NCBI GenBank assembly: GCA_050010755.1
Contig: JBEKKK010000001.1
Coordinates: 640,001-704,000 of the forward strand
Length of the DNA: 64,000 bases
Direction of reading: 5' to 3'
Source: Candidatus Bathyarchaeia archaeon
Lineage (GTDB): Archaea; Thermoproteota; Bathyarchaeia; Bathyarchaeales; Bathycorpusculaceae
Shown here piece after piece: positions 58,832 to 64,000 of the stretch (the first letter of the stretch is position 1; the number at the start of each line of letters is the position of its first letter). The notes under the pieces are model-generated. The model was not told the DNA's origin. It searched no databases and saw nothing but the letters and a program-made list of their open reading frames with translations. The translations under genes and the position numbers were made by a program.

Positions 58832-58869
58832 ACGCTTCACAGTTTAATCCCAATCGACTCCACGAGAGC

Positions 58870-59907
58870 TCAGCGGGCGCTAATTGTCACGACGGCTTTG
58901 AGCCCTTTGCGTTCAGCTAACACGTCTATGGCCGTTAGAACTTGGTTTAGCCTGAACTTGTGCGTTATCAACTTGTCGACGTTTACCCTTTTGATGCCTA
59001 TCAGTTGAAGAGCGTTGGCAAAAGTGATGTGTGAGAACCCGAAAGTTCCGGTGATTGTGACCTCTGAATAATGGATTAAGTTCGGATCGAGTTTGAGTTC
59101 TGACTGGCTTGGAAAACCTCCGAAAAAGTTGATTATCCCGCCCTTTCTGACCATTTTCAGGCCTTCCTCCGCCGCTGCTACGCTGCCTACTGCAACGATG
59201 ACCGCGTCCGCCCCTCGATTGTCTGTCTCCTCCATGACTTTCTCGACAGGTTTTTCCTCAGTTTCGTTGACCGTAACGTCGGCGCCAAGTTCCTCTGCCA
59301 ACTTCAGCCGCTCATTTAACTGACCGCTGAGAATCGTTTTCGTCGCTCCCTTGACTTTTGCCAGCTGCAGATGCATTAGGCCTATCGGGCCGTCGCCGAC
59401 GATAGCGATGGAATCGCCCACGCCGACGTGGCATTCTTCGATTCCGTGAAGGCAACAGGCCAGTGGCTCCGTGAGAGATGCCTCCTCATACGAAACCGTG
59501 CCAGGTATCTCAAGCGTTCCCTTCTTCACAATGTTATCAGGCACTTTTACAAATTCTGCAAACCCTCCGGGTGTAGGTGTCTGATCATAAAGTCCGCTGC
59601 ACATCGTGTATCGTCCATGCAGACAATAGTAGCAAGTACCGTCTGGAACATACGGGGCGACGACGACGCGCTCGCCTATCTTGTGCTCCATCACGTCTTT
59701 TCCCATTTTGACGATTTCGCCTGCTATTTCGTGACCGAGAACCGTTGGTGGTTTGATCAGCGGATGTCCTCTCATGACTGTTTTAATGTCTGTCCCACAG
59801 ACGCCGCAAGCATGAATCTTGACCAGGATCTCTTTATCAGCGATTTCTGGGACTTCGCTTTCTTCCAGTCTGACATCTCGAGGTCCATAGTACACCGCCG
59901 TCTTCAA
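58870..59907 (-). CDS. zinc-dependent alcohol/polyol dehydrogenase
   Basis: CGVCGTD, GHE, EPLAC, GDGPIG. Confidence 0.93.
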   Translation of the reverse strand: MKTAVYYGPRDVRLEESEVPEIADKEILVKIHACGVCGTDIKTVMRGHPLIKPPTVLGHEIAGEIVKMGKDVMEHKIGERVVVAPYVPDGTCYYCLHGRYTMCSGLYDQTPTPGGFAEFVKVPDNIVKKGTLEIPGTVSYEEASLTEPLACCLHGIEECHVGVGDSIAIVGDGPIGLMHLQLAKVKGATKTILSGQLNERLKLAEELGADVTVNETEEKPVEKVMEETDNRGADAVIVAVGSVAAAEEGLKMVRKGGIINFFGGFPSQSELKLDPNLIHYSEVTITGTFGFSHITFANALQLIGIKRVNVDKLITHKFRLNQVLTAIDVLAERKGLKAVVTISAR

Positions 59908-60013
59908 GTTTTTCCCTCTCGCAGGTAACAGTAAACAATAACGTATATAGCTTGTCAGGAAGTTTTGCTGAATTTTGTGTTTTCTAACAAATGAAGAGTG
60001 AGGAATCGATGGT

Positions 60014-61000
60014 TTAGACTAGAACCCTTTCTCTCATGAATTTTTCAAGCTCCTCCCGCGTGGGCAAAGCTTCTTGAGCCCCCATCTTGGTGGTTGCTAA
60101 AGCACCGGCGCAGTTCGCATAGGCTACTGCCTCTTCCAAGTTTTTTCCCGATGAAATGGCCACTCCCAACGCGCCGCAGAAAGCGTCTCCCGCGCCCGTC
60201 GTATCCACAGGAGTTACCTCGGGGCTCCTGACGTGAAATATTTCATCTTTTGTTCCGACAAGGGCTCCTATTTTTCCCATCGTGAGAACGACGTTTGCAG
60301 CTCCTTTTCTCAAGATTTCTTCAGTCGCCCTTTTCGCAGACGTCAAGTTCGTTATGTTGGTGCCGGTCAGTATCTCCGCTTCGCTTTCATTCGGAGTCAA
60401 CACGTACACTTTCTTTAGCACTTCTTCGGGCAACGTGTGAGCCGGAGAAGGGTTCAAGATCACCCTCACTCCATGCTGAAAGGCTTTCTGAACAGCGTGT
60501 TGAACAACTGGAATAGGCGTTTCCAGTTGCGCTAGGAGAATGTCAGCTGACGCTATAGTTGATTCGGCGCGGTCGATGTCTTCTTTGCTGCACTTTAGAT
60601 CCGCACCGGGAAAAACGGCGATGACGTTGTTGCCCTTCTTGTCAACCATTATCAGGGCTAACCCTGTCTGCGTTTCCGTGTCTTGAATGATGAAATTCGT
60701 GTCTATCAGATGCAGCCTAGCATTTCTCACAAGGTCCGTTCCGAAAGCCTCGGAGCCCACTCTGCCGATTAACGTGACGTTTGCCCCAAGTTTCGCTGCT
60801 GCCACAGCCTGATTCGCGCCTTTTCCCCCGGGGGACATCTTGAACTCGTCGCCGAGCACCGTCTCGCCTAAACGGGGAATCGTCTTAGCCTTGATAGTCA
60901 AGTCCATGTGCAGGCTACCCACAACCACGACGTTCGGTCTCTTGGCTTGATCTGGATTCTTATGAAAGCCTTCGCGATTTCTGCTTGATTCTTCTGACAC
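60014..61000 (-). CDS. rbsK: ribokinase
   Basis: [43 protein letters not shown]. Confidence 0.9.
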   Translation of the reverse strand: MSEESSRNREGFHKNPDQAKRPNVVVVGSLHMDLTIKAKTIPRLGETVLGDEFKMSPGGKGANQAVAAAKLGANVTLIGRVGSEAFGTDLVRNARLHLIDTNFIIQDTETQTGLALIMVDKKGNNVIAVFPGADLKCSKEDIDRAESTIASADILLAQLETPIPVVQHAVQKAFQHGVRVILNPSPAHTLPEEVLKKVYVLTPNESEAEILTGTNITNLTSAKRATEEILRKGAANVVLTMGKIGALVGTKDEIFHVRSPEVTPVDTTGAGDAFCGALGVAISSGKNLEEAVAYANCAGALATTKMGAQEALPTREELEKFMRERVLV

Positions 61001-62538
61001 TATTTTTCATTGCTCCCTCGAGTTCGAAGATGCGTTCCAGACGAATAGTACCGTTTAAAGTACTTTTTCAAGTGTAAATAGGCATCTTTGTACATTCGGA
61101 AAGACAAGTCGTATTTTTCAAAGAGATCCTTCTGTGGGTTGATTCTGCATTCCGTGTGCACCATTTCTTGAGCGGCCTTTCTCAGGTTTGGTTGGAGCCC
61201 AACGCCTATGGATGCTAGTATAGCTGCGCCGAGCGCCGAAGCTTCGATTTCCCGCGGAATAACTACCGTCTTTCCAGTTACGTCAGCTTTTATTTGTCCA
61301 AAGAATTTGCTTTTTGCAGCGCCCCCGCAGCTTCTGATTTCGTTGACATGGGCACCTAGCTTCTCAATTGTCTCTAGGTTGTGTCTTATCCCAAATGCGC
61401 ACCCTTCCAGCAGGGCCCTTGTCAGATGGTTGCGAGAGTGTTTTAATGATAGGCCTAGGAAGACCCCTCTGGCATATGCGTCCCAGATGGGGCTTCGTTC
61501 TCCCATCATGTAAGGGAGAAAGATAAGCCCGTCAGATCCTGGCGGCGCCTCTTCAGCTTCAGAGTCCAAGTCTTGGTATGATGCTTTGGGTTCGATGTTA
61601 TCTCGGAACCATCGCAGAGAAGCACCTGTTGTGGACATTGTTCCCCACGTGATCCAGAAATTGGGCAGCATAGGAAACTTTTCGCAGTGCACTCTTTTCT
61701 CTGGATCATGGATTTCGTGCCTTGAAGGAACCATCAGGCACGTGGAGCTTCCTGTTATCTCGCAGGTAGAGCCTATTGTCAGTGCATTTGCGCCTATCAT
61801 GGCCAGGTAAGCGTCGATCCCGCCTGCCGCAACTGGCGTGCCCTTCTTGAGGCCTGTCTCACGGGCAGCCGCGTCTGTCACGGTGCCGACAATCTCTGAT
61901 GAACGCAAGACGTTGGGAAGTTTCTCGACAGGTATCTTGAGCCGGTTCAAGAGGTCGGTTGGCCATTCATGCCTGTGATAATCGAAGTGAAATGTTCCTG
62001 CGTTGAGCCAGTCGGTGACGAAGTTCCCTGTCAGCTTGAACTCGATGAAGTCCGATGTCTGAACAAATTTGTAGGCCTTCTGGAAAACCTGTGGCCTGTT
62101 TTCTTTGACCCACGCCGCTTTCGGCAAGTTCATGGAAGGGTCATCAGCCACACCAATAGTCTGAGCCATCATCTCGGACTGTTCGATGGCACGTCTGTCC
62201 ATCCAGATGAGGGCATTCATCAATGCGTTGCCATGTTTGTCGACTGGAAGCAGGACAGGAGATTGACCCGAAACGCTGACGCAAGAAATTTCGCCTTGCT
62301 TCTTGGAAGTTTGTTTGACTACGTCTGCAACGCTTTTTCTAACAGCCTTCCACCAATGTTGAGGGTTCTGTTCGGCCCAAGTAGGCTGAGGAATCGTGAC
62401 TGAATACTGTTGGTACGATCGCGCAACAGATTCACCGCTGAGGTTGAACACTATTGCTTTGCAGCCTTCTGTTCCAATGTCTATGCCAAGCAGGCAGGTC
62501 GACGGCGTCATAATTTTCACTGGCAACTCCCTACACAT
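61000..62538 (-). CDS. FGGY family sugar kinase (xylulokinase-like)
   Basis: GIDIGT, WMDRR, GGID, FLPYMMGERSP, EGCAF, GGAAKS. Confidence 0.92.
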   Translation of the reverse strand: MCRELPVKIMTPSTCLLGIDIGTEGCKAIVFNLSGESVARSYQQYSVTIPQPTWAEQNPQHWWKAVRKSVADVVKQTSKKQGEISCVSVSGQSPVLLPVDKHGNALMNALIWMDRRAIEQSEMMAQTIGVADDPSMNLPKAAWVKENRPQVFQKAYKFVQTSDFIEFKLTGNFVTDWLNAGTFHFDYHRHEWPTDLLNRLKIPVEKLPNVLRSSEIVGTVTDAAARETGLKKGTPVAAGGIDAYLAMIGANALTIGSTCEITGSSTCLMVPSRHEIHDPEKRVHCEKFPMLPNFWITWGTMSTTGASLRWFRDNIEPKASYQDLDSEAEEAPPGSDGLIFLPYMMGERSPIWDAYARGVFLGLSLKHSRNHLTRALLEGCAFGIRHNLETIEKLGAHVNEIRSCGGAAKSKFFGQIKADVTGKTVVIPREIEASALGAAILASIGVGLQPNLRKAAQEMVHTECRINPQKDLFEKYDLSFRMYKDAYLHLKKYFKRYYSSGTHLRTRGSNEK

Positions 62539-62587
62539 TTTGGACAGTCATTTATTAAAAATATCCTTAACAACTTGCACACAGCAT

Positions 62588-63577
62588 TTACAGTTTACGT
62601 TGGCTAGCCGCTTTTGACAGACCTGCCATGGCCTTGATCAGGCTGCTGTCGACACTGCCAAAGTGATGCATTTCGCCAGTTGCCAAATCGTTAACGAAGA
62701 TTTCTGCAGGAGCGAAGAGTTTCAAGTCTATTCCTCTCAACCCTCCGTGTTGCTTTAACATGTCCAAAAAAGATTGGCCGTAGCATTTTGAGGTTCTTGA
62801 AGGCATCTCTCGGGCTATTTGCCGCAAATTTGTACCTTTCTCGGGCATTATGTAGAGGTGGACTATGCTTCCGTAGGAGAGCATATCATCAGGCAAGATG
62901 CGTCTCGATTTTAGTGGAGGCAATGGGGCAATTCCGCATGCATTTCTCACGTTGTTTCCATCATAGCCAAGAGTGTGCAATTTTACCATTGCGTTTTCAA
63001 CGCTTCTACCCGCCACCTGAATGAGCCCAGACATGCTTGAAAGCGGAGCTAAAACCACGTACAGATTTTCAGGGTTGACTTTGCACTTTTCAGCAAGCGA
63101 ATCAGCAGCCTTCTCATTCGGATACTGCTCCGATTGAAGGACTACCACCGCTTCTTCAGCTGAGTCCGCAAACGGAATCATTTCAAACAGTTTCTTCGGC
63201 TCGTGAACCAACGCTCTTGCAGGTCCACTCGCGATGGCATTGTACGAGCCGACGCTGAAGTTGATCCAGCCCTCCATCGCCTCTCGGTAACCGCCTGAAG
63301 CTTGACACAGGAGAGAAAGAATCGGAAAATCAGTTGAGACATCCACGGCGGGTAGTGTTATTCCTCCCAAATCCATCAAAGTGAGGGACACGTTTCCCAC
63401 GCCTCCTAAGCCTATTTTGGTCACGTACAAGCCTGCTTATACGCCTCCCGGGGCCTTGTGTCCGGTGTCAATCAAATGCGCTCCGCTTTCAAAACGGCTG
63501 CATTTGATGTTCAGCTCCTCTTCTTCATCCATCATCTTCTTGCAGATCGAAGCAGCTAACCTGTTGACGCTGAGCAT
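62588..63577 (-). pseudogene. second divergent Mch-like gene with in-frame TAA at codon 47
   Basis: MLSVNRLA...IDTGHKAPGGV*AGLYVTKIGLGG; TAA at 63437-63439; remainder has SGPARAL, RSVE, FAPA. Confidence 0.8.
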
Positions 63578-63633
63578 TTTTTCCACCACTTTAATATTTT
63601 TGAGTCTCACTTAAGCAGTTCAGACAGGTGAAG

Positions 63634-64000
63634 ATGAGTATGGTTGGCAAAAGAGCTTTTGGACTGAACCTCGTGGGTTTCTCTCCCGCCTTGGACACGG
63701 CGAAATTGGCCAAGATAGCTGAAGCATACGGTTTTGAGTATGTGTGGATTGCGGACGAGAATCCTTCGCCACGTTGCAGGGACGTTGTGGTGAACATGAC
63801 AACTGTGGCCCTCAAAACATGCAAGATTAAGGTTGGAACGGGCATATGCAACTTCTACACGAGACACCCGGCCCTTTTGGCAGTGTTTATATCCACGCTC
63901 GAGGAAATGGCGAGTGGACGCGTTGTCGTGGGTGTGGGGCCGGGAGGAGAAATGCCCCTCAGACCCTTAGGAATAAAGATGTGGGAGAAACCTCTAGTCA
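63634..64000 (+). CDS. LLM-class F420-dependent oxidoreductase (Mer-like), partial
   Basis: AEAYGFEYVWIADE, IKVGTGICNFYTRHPA, SGRVVVGVGPG; runs off the window. Confidence 0.88.
   Translation, partial: MSMVGKRAFGLNLVGFSPALDTAKLAKIAEAYGFEYVWIADENPSPRCRDVVVNMTTVALKTCKIKVGTGICNFYTRHPALLAVFISTLEEMASGRVVVGVGPGGEMPLRPLGIKMWEKPLV

Noticed and set aside
63437-63439. Selenocysteine or pyrrolysine recoding in the Mch-like gene
   Set aside because: The stop is TAA, not TGA or TAG

Overview
Archaeal chromosomal window, most likely Bathyarchaeia (inferred from TBP, Ftr, two Mch-like and one Mer-like H4MPT/F420 genes, and dockerin/cohesin and PEF-CTERM surface proteins). Core genes are purM-purS-purL-purQ, an AsnRS-like asparagine synthetase, ftr and pfkB. 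A large catabolic region spans about 40.8-64 kb: 2-oxoacid/acetoin dehydrogenase E1a/E1b/E2 plus LplA, a sugar-type ABC transporter, an amidohydrolase, ribokinase, an FGGY kinase, ADH/SDR, two divergent Mch paralogs, DUF2193 and a Mer-like LLM. The most striking part is the accessory region at about 13-39 kb. It is divided into cassettes by a recurring quasi-palindromic site, GGG(G/A)TAAAGTTTTATCCC, seen in at least 7 copies and both orientations, usually with CT/CA/GC dinucleotide tracts next to it. One cassette (14127-20221, imperfect terminal inverted repeats) carries a stand-alone Cas1 with no cas2, no CRISPR array and no PolB. Cas1 lies beside a plasmid/virus-like operon encoding an MCM-like AAA+ ATPase, a basic protein, a putative AEP primase-polymerase and a small wHTH, with a divergent HTH repressor. 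This is a candidate new type of casposon-like element, and possibly the mobiliser of the neighbouring cassettes (HEPN genes, ABC exporter, surface proteins). All family assignments come from motif recognition by eye and need HMM or structure confirmation.
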